NCBI RefSeq assembly: GCF_018350175.1
Contig: NC_058368.1
Coordinates: 18,352,001 to 18,416,000 of the forward strand
Length of the DNA: 64,000 bases
DNA from: Felis catus
Lineage: Eukaryota
Direction: 5' to 3'
In this document: piece by piece, positions 35,966 to 48,530 of the stretch
Position numbering within the stretch: the first letter of the stretch is position 1
Layout: every line of letters starts with the position of its first letter
Translations under genes and position numbers: made by a program
Notes under the pieces: generated by a model
The model's database searches: none
What the model was told of the DNA's origin: nothing
The model's input: only the letters and a program-made list of their open reading frames with translations

Positions 35966-37639
35966 TGTGAACACTACAAATCTCTCACTGACCTCAGATT
36001 TTAATTTGCCCTTCGATAAGTAGTTGTTAGTTGAAAAGAACTAAACAATTGGGCCAACCTAGGAAGATATTTTTAATATCTTCCTTCCATATATTTACAA
36101 GCACAGGTAAAGAGAGCAGGTAGTGGGAGTACAAATTAAAGACAACAAGCCAGCTGAGGTGTAATTGAAACCTTCCCCATCAAGTAAATATAATGAACCC
36201 CACAGCAAATTGTAAACAGAGAAACTCCACAGCTGTGTGTTGTGGGAGTCCGCCGTAGGGGAGGGAGTCAATGCTGGGAGAAGTAGCTGACTAGCAAGAC
36301 GTGGGCGGAGAAATATCAGTGTTGGGAGTAGAAACAAGATGGTGGCCACCAATGAAAAGAACCAAGTCTTCTTCCCCTGCTGACCTCAGAAGGGAGTTCA
36401 GGCATTCTTTTGCTTCAGGTAGAGCTCAAGCTAGAGAGGCAAAAATTACCTGATAACTTACAGATTTCAACAAAGCAGGAAGCAAAGAGCCTGAGGCCAC
36501 AGAAGAGATGGCCTTTCAAGTGAGTGAATCGGAAAGAATTTTCTTAGCCTCTGTCAGGAGCCGGACGTGACTTTGTGAGAAGGGCTAGCCCTGACAAATA
36601 ATTAAAATTTTATTCAACAGCAGATATTTCTAGTCTGGGAGCTTGAGGAAGACTGAAGTGGGTGCATTTAGTAGGACTCCTAGGAAGGCAAGGAAGGGGG
36701 ACGCAAAGCGAGTTTATCTCGAGGTCTTAATGAAATGAAGTCTGAGCAGTTGTGGGTTTGAGGCACGTGGAGTTTGCAAACAGAAATCACAATTCTCAGT
36801 GATATATGCAGATATGCCGAATAGTATTTAATAGCTATTATATAGCATTTTTGATAAGTCAAATTCATCCATGTAAATTTGCTGTACTTATTTTATAGGA
36901 GATATTCTCAAAAGCACTGAGAAAAACAAAACAGGCCACAGGGTAATATTCAGGGGAAGAAAAAAAAAACAACCCTGTAATGCCAACATGTTTTTTTAGA
37001 GGAAGCATTGCTTTCAATTGTGAATCAAAACTTTTTCAGATTCCTTTCATTTTGAGAGAAAAACGAAAACACGGATTGACAAAGTGCCATAGGAGCTCAC
37101 AAATCTCGTAGGGGACGGACGACCTCTCTCCAGCCCTGGAGCGCTAACCTTCCCCATGTAGTAATCAGAACCATCCTTACCACCTTATATATTTCCTCAT
37201 AGATATATATCACCTCTCTTTTGGACAATATCCGTTTGCCCCTCGTAAGATACGAGGCTTAACTTTTGTTTGAGGCTTTCGTAAGTCTCTGAAATTCTGA
37301 AGACATTATCGACAGCCACTATTCTGCATTTCCAAAACAGTCCTCTCTTCCGTGTTTCATGACTCAGTTTTTAGAATTTCCAATTTCTGATGTGACCATC
37401 ATCAGCTTCTTTACCCTATTGCCATCTGCCTTTCGGACTCATGAAAACCATCAATGATCCCTCCCTCACACCCAATGACACTGCTGGGGTCTCATCCTTA
37501 GCATCTCTCCCTGACAGCCTCTCCTGTATGCACCCCTTCCTTAATCTCTTTCCTGTCTTGGCTTAAGAAACAACTTGTAGTTCTCCTCATTCATTTGCTC
37601 CCTCCTTCTGGCTGTCGGTGAGCACAAAGTCCAATGACA

Positions 37640-38160
37640 ACAGATGTAGGATAGGCACATAAGTGACAGGGCAGGCCAGGGATGAATGAGAGCTGGAGCT
37701 AAGGGTGTGATTAACTAAGGTAGGGGGGTGACTATTACTCAGTCTGGCCAATGGGTGTTCACAGTTTGGAAGAGCATCTAAAAATCTAGATGTTTATGGG
37801 GAATCTCCTTCTTTTTACACATTCAAATCTCCTTCTTTTCACACATTCACTCGAAATTTTATCTTACAAATATTTGTGAGCCAAACCGGGCGCTTAGAAG
37901 GGTTGGGATCAGGGGCGCCTGGCTGGTTGGTTAAGCATCTGACTTTCAGGTCAGGTCATGATCTCGCAGTTGGTGGGTTCCAGCCCCGCATTGGGCTCTA
38001 CACTGCTGGTGCAGAGCCTTCTTAGGATTCTCTCTCTCTTCTCTCTGCCCCTCCCCAACTCGTTTTCTATAAATAAACAAGTAAATAAATAAATAAATAA
38101 TCTAACAAAGTAAAAGAAGGGCTGGGACCAGCCTGCAAGCTGTGTGTTTGCCACCTCTGT
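37640..38160. mobile_element. hAT-Charlie-like DNA transposon remnant split by a SINE
   Basis: AAATCTAGATGTTTATGGGAATCTCC and terminal TTTGCCACCTCTG; a related segment lies at 58820-58995. Confidence 0.45.
37912..38114 (+). mobile_element. Can-SINE inserted in an older hAT-like element
   Basis: GGGGCGCCTGG head, (AAAT)n tail; TSD AGAAGGG(T/C)TGGGA(T/C)CA. Confidence 0.92.
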
Positions 38161-38289
38161 TCCACACTGCGTCCTCCATTCCACCACACAGATTACATGT
38201 AACCTTGTGGCCAGCAAGGTCATATGTGAAGTGGGGAGGGAACCAAGACCATGGATATAGTTGCTTGATGTAGAAGAGATACGTGCATT

Positions 38290-38470
38290 GGGGGCACCTG
38301 GGTGGCTCAGTCGGTTAAGCATCTGACTCCGTTTCAGCTCAGGTCATGATCTCACAATTTGTGGGTTTGAGCTCCGTGTTGGGCTCTGCCCTGGGCATGG
38401 AGGCTGCTCTCCCTTGACCACTCATGCTAGCGCTCTCTCTCTCTCTCTCTCTCTCAAATAAAAATAAAAT
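38290..38470 (+). mobile_element. Can-SINE
   Basis: GGGGGCACCTGGGTGGCTCAGTCGGTTAAGCATCTGACT head, (CT)n, AATAAAA tail. Confidence 0.92.
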
Positions 38471-38598
38471 CTGTGTAGAAAGATCTCAGCGTGCAAAAAT
38501 TACCTTATTTCGAGGACAGAGGCTCCCTGACAATTTTTATTAAGTAGAACATTTCAAGTTATAAAGCCAGAAACTCTGATTATAAAGAACACCATTGA

Positions 38599-38810
38599 GG
38601 GGCACCTGGATGGCTCAGTCAGTTAAGCATCCAACTCTTGGTTTCAGCTCAGGTCATGATCTCACGGTTCCTGAGACCCAGCCCCATGTCTGGCGCTGTG
38701 TTAACGGCATGGGGCCTGCTTGGGATTCTCTCATTCTCTCTCTCCGTCTCTGTTCCTCCCCAGCTCTTTCTCTCATAATAAATAAATTAAATTAACTTGA
38801 AAAAAGAAAA
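38599..38810 (+). mobile_element. Can-SINE
   Basis: GGGGCACCTGGATGGCTCAGTCAGTTAAGCATCCAACTCTTGG head, CT tract, A-rich tail. Confidence 0.92.
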
Positions 38811-39429
38811 GGGATAGATAACTGCTCTTGTTTTGTGCTAAGGGATACCATGTACAAAATTCCTCAAGGGGCCTGGAGAAAACAAGGGAAATTCAGGAGA
38901 GAGAAATGGGAGCATCCTGAATTTTGAGTCTTTGCTGGGCTTTTGTGGCTGTGAAAGAAGAGAGTACCCAGGCTCCGACTAGTATTGAAGGTGGAGCACA
39001 GTGCACTAGGGTTCCAAGACAGTTCTAGCAACCTGGTTTCCCATCCAGCAGCAGGATCTTGGTGACCTGTCTCTGGTGTTCCTCCCTTACCAAGATTCAG
39101 TTATTATCAGATTCCAGCTTCTTTATGTGCTTTCCTTCTTGGGTTCTCCTTCCAACTAGTGGACACTTGCCCACATCTCCAATTCAGCTCCCTCGGGGAA
39201 GAATTCTACTCAGCTTAGTTAATCATTTGCTGACCTTGTTACAACAGTGCTCTTGTGCCAGACTGCCTCACAGACCATACGCCAGGTAGAAATTTGATCC
39301 CCTTGCGTCTCTGCCCGTGGGTCAAGTGCCCCCAGCCCCCAGGTCTGCTCAGTTGCCAGGAGTGGGGGAGATTGTGTGGGAGGTTAGACGCGTTCTTCGA
39401 CCCAATTCCAACAAGGAGGTGGGGGTGGC

Positions 39430-40210
39430 AGTTCCCCCATAGCAACAGATGATTCTCAAACACCGGCTGAGTGTCCCAATCAACTCGGTTCTGACGCTGT
39501 TTACGGAGAGCTAGCATCGGATTCCATAGGTTAAGGGTTCTGTCCTACAAGACTGTCCCCCAGCCCCACCTTTCAGACGCCAGTTGTTTGTACCCCAGGT
39601 TGTTATCTGTACTTCTGACTGACTGGCTATAAATAAGAGGTTCCCACGAGCCCCTTCTTGGGTTCAGTTAAGTAGCTAGGAAGGTTCACAGAACTCAGAG
39701 AAACATTTTCCTTACTAGGTCACTGGTATCTCATAAAAGGATATAACTCCAGAACAGACAGACAGAGCGGACGCATAGGACAAGGCATGAGGAAAAGGCA
39801 AGGAGCGCCCATGCTCTCTCAGGGGACCTCTACATACTCACCAACCCAGACGCCCCCCAAACCCTTTTTGGAGTTTTATGGAGAGTTCATTACATAGGCA
39901 CGATAGATTAAATCATTGGCCATCGGCAGTTGATTCAAGCCTCGGGGCCCTCTCTCCCCTTCTCCCCAAAAATGGAGGTGGCAGTGAGGGGTGGGACTGA
40001 AAATTTTCACCCTCTAACCCTGGGTTGGCTTCCCTGGTGGGGAGGCCCCATCCTTAGGTGGGGTTCAAAATTACCTCATGAACATCACAAGAGACACTTC
40101 TGTCACTCTCGACACTTCGGAAATTCCAAGAATTTCTTGGTAGAGGTGAGTCAGGAACCATGGTGGAAGGCCCAACATAGATGAGAAATGTACTTTAGTC
40201 ATCTCAATGA
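39430..40210 (-). mobile_element. Solo LTR, MER21-related (MER21A/B-like)
   Basis: Reverse-strand MER21 motifs CATTACATAGGCACGATAGATTAAATCATTGGCCAT, TCACAGAACTCAGAGAAACA and CAAGACTGTCCCCC. Confidence 0.82.
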
Positions 40211-40627
40211 ATTTTAATGCTTGATTAGGAGAGGAGTTTTGGAGGGAAAAAGGAACTCAGTTACAATTTATACCATAATTTTTAGAAAACAGAAAAAACG
40301 TGTTCAGACCTAGCTCAGGGAACAAGGGCATGAATCACAACAGGGAAAGGGAAAATCTAAGAAGGCTGCTATTTTTGTTAGGGTACGAAATAACACCCAA
40401 CTCATGGCATCTAGAGTATTAACCCATGGCGATGTAATAAAGAGGTCGGGGAGATGGAAATCAAAATACACATTCAGAAATTTGGACGTACGCTTTGAAG
40501 GAAAAGCATCTTGTGCTATAAGAATGGTAAGAAGGATACGTCACCTAGCATGGCCCTGGTTGGGTGTTCAGGACAGACTCCTATGAGGAAGGGTTTTGGG
40601 GCGAATATCTGAGGCAAAGCAAAGATG

Positions 40628-40677
40628 GAGAGAGAGAGAGACAGAGAGAGAGAGACAGAGAGAGAGAGACAGAGAGA
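40628..40677. repeat. (GA)n/GACA compound microsatellite
   Basis: Read directly from the sequence. Confidence 0.9.
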
Positions 40678-40925
40678 CCTCTAGGCAGAGGGAGCAGAGA
40701 GTATAAAGATTCGAGGGCGGAAAGGAGGGTGACGGCTCAAAGAAACAGCTGGAGTGGAGCGGTGAACAATGGGTCCATGCTGGTCAGCTGGGTTCTGAAA
40801 TAGCCCCTCTCCTCTCCAGAACTGCTAGGGAAATCCACACTGAAGGAAACACAGCCACCAACAAGGACTTTAGATATTCAGGCAGGCTAGTGGCCAAGGC
40901 ACAACAACCATTTTTCAAAAATCAC

Positions 40926-40926
<1 letters not shown>

Positions 40927-40956
<30 letters not shown>
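40927..40956. repeat. poly(A)30
   Basis: Read directly from the sequence. Confidence 0.95.
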
Positions 40957-40958
<2 letters not shown>

Positions 40959-41166
40959 TGCTTTTGAAAAAGAAGGGAATCATTTCGAAAAGTGGGAGGT
41001 GATCATATGACCACAGCAGTAAACACTGCAAAGAGGCCCAAATGAGGTAAGAACTGAATACCAGCAGATACAGAGACGGGGTCACCATCGGACACATTGG
41101 TGTCAAACCATTTCAATGGACTGAGGGAGCCGAAGGCAGATCAGGGCTTAAAGACATGAAGGCAAT

Positions 41167-41375
41167 GGGGCACCTGAGTGGCTCAGTCTTTTGAGGGTCT
41201 CACTTCAGCTCAGGTCATGATCTCGCAAGTTGGGACTTCGAGCCCTGGGTCGGGTTCTGTGCTGTCAGCACAGAGCTCTCTTCAGGTCCTCCGTCCCTCT
41301 CTCTCTCTCTCTGTCCCTACCCCTCTCATGCTCCCTCTCTCAAAAATAAATAAAACATTAAAAAAAAACAACAAC
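41167..41375 (+). mobile_element. Can-SINE inside an L2 remnant region
   Basis: GGGGCACCTGAGTGGCTCAGTC head, CT tract, AAAAATAAATAAAACATTAAAA tail; degenerate TSD ACATGAA. Confidence 0.92.
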
Positions 41376-42508
41376 CACATGAAAACAGCTGTTCAGCAGA
41401 GAAGAGATGGGGTGTGTAGCCAGAGGGGAAAGCAAATCGGGGAATTTTTAGATTCATGGAAAGTGCTTAGCAGTTTGGGGCCCGTTCAAATATTCAATTA
41501 AAAACCTCTTTCCTTGTTTTCTTTTGTTTTTAAAAGCGTTAAGATCTCCTGAAACGTAGGAGTGGAGTGAAGTCTCTGTCACGAGGCATCTTGGTGTCCT
41601 GGTTGCCAATAGAAATAGCTGTAGCCTTCAGCTGAATCCACAAAGTGGCTCACTCAGCAAAACTGTGTTTCGTTTCTACCCCTCTACACCCGCTTTGTGT
41701 GCGTGCTAACATTTCTAAACTCAAGGGGTACTTCTGCACTTTTATGGTGTGCCCGTCTATGATAGGTGTTGAAGGTGCAAGAATTAGTATAACGTAGGGC
41801 TTCAATTTGGGGAGGTCACAGAATGCCAGGAAGACACGCCTGAAAACAGGCATTTACGAAACGATGCCGGAAGCGTGTAATACAAGAAAACAGTGTTAGT
41901 ACAGAGGTCATGATATGTAATCTGGATCTTAAAGAATGAGTAGAAGCTTGACACCAAGGTGAGAAAGCATTCAGGACAGTGGAGCCTGCAGAAGGAGGAT
42001 GGCTCCTTCTTGAACTCATCTCAACTTCAGCCCCTAATAGATATTTTTTTACACTCCGCAATCTCGTCCCTCCTTGAAACCAATAACATGAATTTGTAAG
42101 GAATTTGGCCACTGAACACAGAGAAGCCAAGTGACCAACATAAAGAAGAATCACATTTCCATACTCTTCTAGGCACCCTACTTATCAGCATTCAAGAGAA
42201 CTTCTAGTACAGTGAAATGGTAAAATGTTAAATTTAAAACACATAACCCCTCTGCGGTTCTCACATTTCGAAGACGAAAACACAAATGTAAACACTTAAC
42301 ACGATAAGCATCTAAATGGAAGCTCACTTTTAAAGAAAACGTCTTCTGTGTGTTGTCATTCCTTGCACTAAGTTTGGGAGGCTAGTGGGTGGGTTTATTA
42401 GAGAAGGGGCAAGAGTTGGGAGCAGAGTCTATGATGTGAAGACACACGATTATGGTTAATCAAGGCAATGCACTCCATGTGTCAAGGCATTTACTCAAGA
42501 AAGATTTA

Positions 42509-42607
42509 GGGGGCGGCTGGGTGGCTCAGTTGGTTGAGTCTCTTGACTCTTGATTTTGGCTGAGGTCATGATCTCACAGTAATGTGATGAATAGACATAA
42601 AAAAAAG
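42509..42607 (+). mobile_element. Internally deleted Can-SINE (head joined to tail)
   Basis: GGGGGCGGCTGGGTGGCTCAGTTGGTTGAG...AGGTCATGATCTCACAG runs almost directly into the tail ATGAATAGACATAAAAAAAA. Confidence 0.85.
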
Positions 42608-42609
42608 AG

Positions 42610-42846
42610 GGAGGCACCTGGGTGGCTCAGTCTGTTAAGCATCTGACTTCGGCTCAGGTCATGATCTCACGGTTCGTGGGTTCGAGCCCAGCATTGGGTT
42701 CTGTGCTTAGCTCAGAGCCTAAAGCCTGCTTTGGATTCTGTGTCTCCTTTTCTCTCTCTGCCCCTCCCCTGCTTGCACTCTGTCTCTCTCTCAAAAATAA
42801 ACATTTAAAAAATTAAAAAAAGAAAAGAAAGAAAGAAAAGAAAGGA
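42610..42846 (+). mobile_element. Can-SINE (second of tandem trio)
   Basis: GGCACCTGGGTGGCTCAGTCTGTTAAGCATCTGACTTCGGCTCAGG, CT tract, A/GAAAA tail. Confidence 0.94.
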
Positions 42847-42862
42847 AGGAAGATTTAGGCCT

Positions 42863-42978
42863 GGGGCACCTGGGTGGCTCAGTCAATTAAGCGTGCAACT
42901 CTTGATTTTGGCTCAGATCATGATCTCATGGTCCGTGAGTTTGAGACCCATGTGCTGCCAGTGCAGAGCCTGTTTGGG

Positions 42979-43021
<43 letters not shown>

Positions 43022-43102
43022 ATAAATAAATAAAATTTAAAAAAATAAACAAATTCAGAGCCTCATTCAGATAATTTTTTAAAAATAATAAAAAGAAAAA
43101 GA
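42863..43102 (+). mobile_element. Can-SINE (third of tandem trio)
   Basis: GGGGCACCTGGGTGGCTCAGTCAATTAAGCG head, long (CT)n; TSD AAGATTTAGGCCT at 42850-42862 and 43103-43115. Confidence 0.93.
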
Positions 43103-43702
43103 AAGATTTAGGCCTTCTGTGAGAACTTCTTTATAAATCTAAGCAATTTTTTCCTTACACAGTAAAACTTAAACATGGAAACATTGTTCAAAAATGAGCT
43201 CTAATGACCAAGTGACCTGGTCACTTAGAGACAGACCTCAAAAGTTGCCTTCTTGAAACTCTGAGCATCACACCATGTTCTCGAATCACACCCAGGCTCT
43301 GCTGTGGAGTGTGAGAGTCTCCAGAGACAGCATCTTTGCCCCCAGGGCAAGGATGACCCCAGGTGTGGACAGGTAGGGCTGGAGAGCCGCCTAAGGATGT
43401 GCATGTACCCAGGGAGAGGGCCTACCCATTTCTGTCACCTCCTGAATCGTCTTTAATATTCCCAGGCACCTGGGAACATTTCCTTGAGGTATCCCCAGAT
43501 GGTTCCATGCTTGCTCCTCCTTGCTCACTGGGAGGAAACGGATCCTTGGTCTGAAACACGAAGCAGTTCTTAATACCCAGTGAAAGGCACAAGTTCAGAG
43601 CTTGCAAAGATCCATTATCTTTCTGCTTTCAGAAGCGCTGATGTTTCTTCGAGTATGTTCAATGACCTCCTGCCAGGGCAAGGTCCACAATTCCTCCCAG
43701 TG

Positions 43703-43860
43703 CCATGGTTCTTAAACTTTTGTCATCAGAATCATCTGGAAAGCTTCTTAAAACCCAGATTGCTGGTCCCCACTCCCAGAATTTCTGATTCGACCAAAGT
43801 CAAAGGATTTGCTTCTCTGACAAACTCCCAATTCCTGGGAACCCCACTTGGAGAAGCTGG
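43703..43860. mobile_element. MER5-family MITE
   Basis: TGGTTCTTAAACTTT...CATCAGAATCATCTGGAAAGCTTCTTAAAACCCAGATTGCTGGTCCCCACTCCCAGAATTTCTGATTC. Confidence 0.8.
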
Positions 43861-44569
43861 GTCCCAGGAGATTCTTGACTCTCCTAAAATTCTATGCACG
43901 AACTGTGTCTACGTGCCTAAGTGGTTTGGTCCTAGACCTTGGTCCTAGAACCAAGGTCTAGGTTCTGAGCTTTCATCAGAACCTCAAAGTGAAATAAACC
44001 ACAAACAAACAAAAGCCAAGAGCCTTAAGAACATTTACTCAGGCAAAATACCTGGAGGGATGCTGATCCCGAGGAAAAGAGAACACGCCGTGGCACAGGA
44101 AGGATAAACTCACTGGATAGAGCAAAGCTAGTTCCACGGTAAAGGCTCAGAATCGCTGGCTATGAGCTGGGTAATGGTTGATAGGCTCAATCGGAATAAA
44201 GAGATTTAGATAGGAATTAATATTCTCACCCTACAGGAATTTACTTTTAATTATAGATAATTATGCTGAATTATAACAAGATGATTTGAAGCATTACGCT
44301 AATTCAGGAGTAATAAAGCATGAATTACTGATGCAATCTTTAAAAATGTAACCTATCAATCAACACTGGAACAGTAACAGACAGAGGCAACGATCTGACA
44401 TTATTCTTTTATGGTATCATAGTTAACACTGGCCTTCAACTTACCCTTTAAAAGCCTCCTTAGGGTAATGAGATGCCAATACCTGTGGGTCCACACAGAG
44501 CCAAATGAAGATCTATATCCCCGCAGGCTGCCCTCACCATTGGCTGCTTCTCAGAACCCCTTGCTTTTT

Positions 44570-44790
44570 AGAGGTGATGGAACACAACGATATAAGCACA
44601 GACTTGCGTCCAGTCAGACCTTGGCTCAAATCTCAGCTCTGACTTCTACCCGTTTTATGACCTTGAGCAAAGTACTTCTACCTCTCTGAGCCTTGGTTGC
44701 CTTATCTGTAAAGTGGGAGTGAGAGTCTAACACACAAGTCTCTTCTGATAATGGAATGGTATGATCCCAAAATCTCTGACACAGTACAAA
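44570..44790 (+). mobile_element. MIR
   Basis: ATGACCTTGAGCAAAGTACTTCTACCTCTCTGAGCCTTGGTTGCCTTATCTGTAAAGTGGG. Confidence 0.85.
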
Positions 44791-47700
44791 TTCAACAACT
44801 GGTAACGTCAGTCAGGTCTTGCCCCGTATTCATGTTGCTAGTAGAATCACAGTTGGCCATCATACTTATAGAAACTAGCACCTAGCCTTCCAACAAGCCC
44901 TTCAGGACCCGGTGTCATCCAACAGGACATAGCAGGATGCCTAGCTTTCCTATAACTAACATTGTAGCTTGTAGGCTAAGGATGGTTCCCGAGCTTGAAG
45001 GTCAAGTAAGATCCCTTTGTCAGCGCTAGGAGAAAATTCTGGGCTTGCTGACTAAACATTTGCCCAATGTATATCCTTCCTCCGGAGTCTAAGAGACCAC
45101 AGACCGAAGAAGACAAAGAAGAGGGAGGGGGAGGGGAGAAGAAGATAATAAATGTCTCCCACACAGTGACTGCTAATCTCTATAGCAGGAAAGCTGATGA
45201 CTGGCTACCTTAGTCAAAGCGAAAATACTTCATGAGAAAGCGGGGAGAGACAGTACTGAGCACCCTCTGTGAGTCAGTTTTGCTTGCATATTATTACATA
45301 ATGCACTTCTTATAAAGGAAAAAAAAAACAACAACAGAAAAATGTAGTCCAAATTCATGGCCAGCGAAAGGTGGAGTTGAGACTAAAACACAGATCTGTG
45401 TTACTCCAAACGTCACATGTTTTTAGTTTAAACCATACTGCCTTTCCCCAAATAATTGACTTCTCCTACTTCATAGCATTGCTCTTTCAAGTGGATGGAA
45501 GAAAAGACGGTGGGTATATAGAGAAGAAAAATCAAAATGCACCTAAATAATTGAAAGTGAACCAAGAAAGAAAGCAACTCCTCCCCGCCCCTGCCCCCCA
45601 CGCACAACCAGAACAAACATCAGTGACCAAACACACAAAATCCCTCAACACAAAATACGTGATGAATCTCAGACTCCAAGACCTTATTTATCTCATCTGG
45701 AACCCAGTTAATCAGAGTTGCCCATGAGGTCAAGGGCCTGGTGAGGGCAGCAGAGAGTTGGAACTTGGTGAACGCCTTTGGCCATCAGACTGAGAACAGA
45801 GACGCAAGCCAACAGAAAGCCTTGCACGGCAAGATGGTATTGATATTTGAGAATTGGGCTCTGTGCGGAAAGGGGGTCCTATGTCAGGGTACACCTGAAG
45901 ACAGGAGTTTGCACTTGGGTCCAGCCAGACATTTCATTTGGGTCAGGGTGGCCAGAGGGTCTTAACCAGAGAACGCACTGCCATAGCAGTGAGTTTGATG
46001 ACCACGGAGAGCTGGTGGCATTAGAGCCCAAGTGGGGCACACTGTGGGTTGCAAACATGCTGTAGTAATGGCTCTGAGCAGAACAGACCCCCTTGGCTTA
46101 GACCCCATATCACCTTGTGGCAAGAATATGGAGCTGGGTGGGCACAGACCGACTTAGTTACTTGACCTGCCCTGGAAAGCAGGAGTTTGAGGCTTCCGGT
46201 GTTAATGGACATTACTCCAGGAGATAACTTTGAGCTTGACAACCTCCATGGTTGAAATTTTAGGTGGCACAGACAGAAGTGGAATTCAGAGCCTGCACGA
46301 TGGAACGGCCCCCCCAACAGAAGACTTGACACATAAAAAATAAAGACAACGTCCATGTTCTGGTTGGTACCTTAAATTTAAGGAGCGGCCATCATGGGTC
46401 GGACGTTATGCTCCATCTAGTGAACGCAACGTGAACACAACATGACCACCGCCGTCCACAAGACTGAAGTGGTGTAACTCCTCGGGAAATGGGACCTGTA
46501 CGCAAGGTGGTGTGCAATGCTGCCTTGGCATCTGTTAAATGCCAAGTAAGAGTGCGAACAATAAGGCATAAAGGTGTTCTGAAGTTCATTGTGGCCTGAG
46601 ATGATTTAGGCTGGCTTCACAAAGAAGGTAGAACATTAACTGGATCTTGGATAAAGGTTAGGTTTAGATGGTAGAACAATAGCAAGGAGGGTATTCCAAG
46701 AATGGAAAATTGCGTGAGCTAAAGGGAAGCAACTGGGAGGTGTGGGGCAAGGTTAGGGGCTGGTGAGTAGATCAGTCTGGCTGATGAGTTGTAAATTCAT
46801 GTGGAAAGAGGAACATGCACCCGGGCATTCTGAGAGTAATCTCACATTGCAATTTGTAAGACCATATGTGATGTCATGGCCCCTAATCCTGAACTTGGGA
46901 AAATGTGATCTTTCTATGTCAGCACCTACTAAACCCCGATGAACCCCTGAAGCCAGGAAAGTAAGTCCCCCTTGTGATTCTATCACCATGTCCCCACCAT
47001 AGCATGTGGAAATTAGTAGGCTAAATGAACCAAGACGGTTTGTTCTCTCTACTTTGACAGTTCTGTTCCTGATGAACGCTTAGTTAGCGAAACTCGTATT
47101 AGGGTCTTAGGGGCTACCTTTCCGGACGCACAATTATAAAGTTATTATTTTCCTCTCGGAATTAAAAAAATTATAAGGATCACATTTAGAAAACTAAACA
47201 TCATTAAGCAAACCCATCCATCTCACTGAAGCGAGGCATTTCTTCTCTTCTCACCATGTAAGGGCAGATTTCTCCTATTTTCTTATCCGCCGATGTGCCA
47301 AGTAAATCACACGGCTTCTCCAGGCAGCTGTGCACAAGAGACTCCAGCATTTTTTTTCCCCTTAAGGAGGTATGATTACTGAATGGTTTTAGAAGACAAT
47401 GCTTTAGGACCATTAACAGCAGATGTAACCCGTTGTTCTTAATTAATTGATCCTATCACATGCAATTCTTGTTATAAAAGCTCTGTTGTACCAAAAAATG
47501 CCTATGTTTGGAACTGAATATGTGACCGACTGACTGAACGAAGGAATGAATGGACATATGCACAAGAACTGTTGGTGACCACACTTAAGATGTCTCTCAA
47601 AGTGTAGGCAGTGAACCCCTTGTATCAAAACCAGCCAGAAGGCTTATCTCAAATGCATAGTTCTTGAAGGTGAGGCTCAGAAATCTTAATTTTAGCAAGT

Positions 47701-48295
47701 TCCTGGGTAATCCTCACGGCTCTCAATGCGAGAGGATGCTCTCAATGCTGTGGATGGAGGAAAGCAGGAGGGAGGGAACAGACTCTGGAAGTCACCGAAG
47801 TGAAGCTAAAAAGTATCTGTAGTGGACCCTGACCATAAGGCTGGAAGAGAGGCCAGCAGACAGAACCCCAGTTATACTCCCTGAGGCTCCTGCAGGCAGA
47901 AGGGCCCTGAATGTAGGCTATGGAGGTGGGGGAGGGTGTCACAAAACATAACTAGAAGATATGAAAAATAAAAAAGAGTTTGGTGCGGGACACTGAGGCC
48001 TGCCTCCTAGGACCCAGACAAGCAAGGTGTCGTCACACACCAGCACAGGTGATGACTGCTCCCAGGGCAGTACTGCTGCCTTAGGTTTGCCACGGCCCTT
48101 AGCGCCCTTGCAAGAAGGGACCAGCACAGGCTGGTGGAGTGTAAGAGTTTCCCGGAGCAAGACAGAGGCCCACAGAAGCCCGGTAGCCAAAGACTGGAGC
48201 CTTTGGGGAGAATAGATGGCTTCAATAAGTTGTTTGGGCTTTTACGTTCAGGTAACAAGGTTCACAGGACATTTGGTTTTTAAGAGGAGGGCTGA

Positions 48296-48530
48296 GGGGC
48301 GCCTGGGTGGCGCAGTCGGTTAAGCGTCCGACTTCAGCCAGGTCACGATCTCGCGGTCTGGGAGTTCGAGCCCCGCGTCGGGCTCTGGGCTGATGGCTCG
48401 GAGCCTGGAGCCTGTTTCCGATTCTGTGTCTCCCTCTCTCTGCCCCTCCCCCGTTCATGCTCTGTCTCTCTCTGTCCCAAAAATAAATAAACGTTGAAAA
48501 AAAATAAATTAAAAAATTAAAAAAAAAATT
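48296..48530 (+). mobile_element. Can-SINE, young felid SINEC_Fc-type, full length
   Basis: Intact A box TGGCGCAGTCGG and B box GAGTTCGAGCC, CpGs retained; perfect TSD AAGAGGAGGGCTGA at 48282-48295 and 48531-48544. Confidence 0.98.

Larger units (their letters stand above)
40480..41150 (-). mobile_element. L2 remnant with embedded (GA)n and poly(A)
   Basis: Purine-rich antisense L2 motifs such as AAATGAGGTAAGAACTGAA. Confidence 0.45.

Noticed and set aside
31430-40210. Two MER21-family LTRs as the ends of one provirus
   Set aside because: They are in opposite orientations, differ in subtype, and have no gag/pol remnants between them.
46382-46415. GGAGC...GCTCCA resembling a tRNA acceptor stem
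   Set aside because: Only about 35 nt long with no D, anticodon or T arms.
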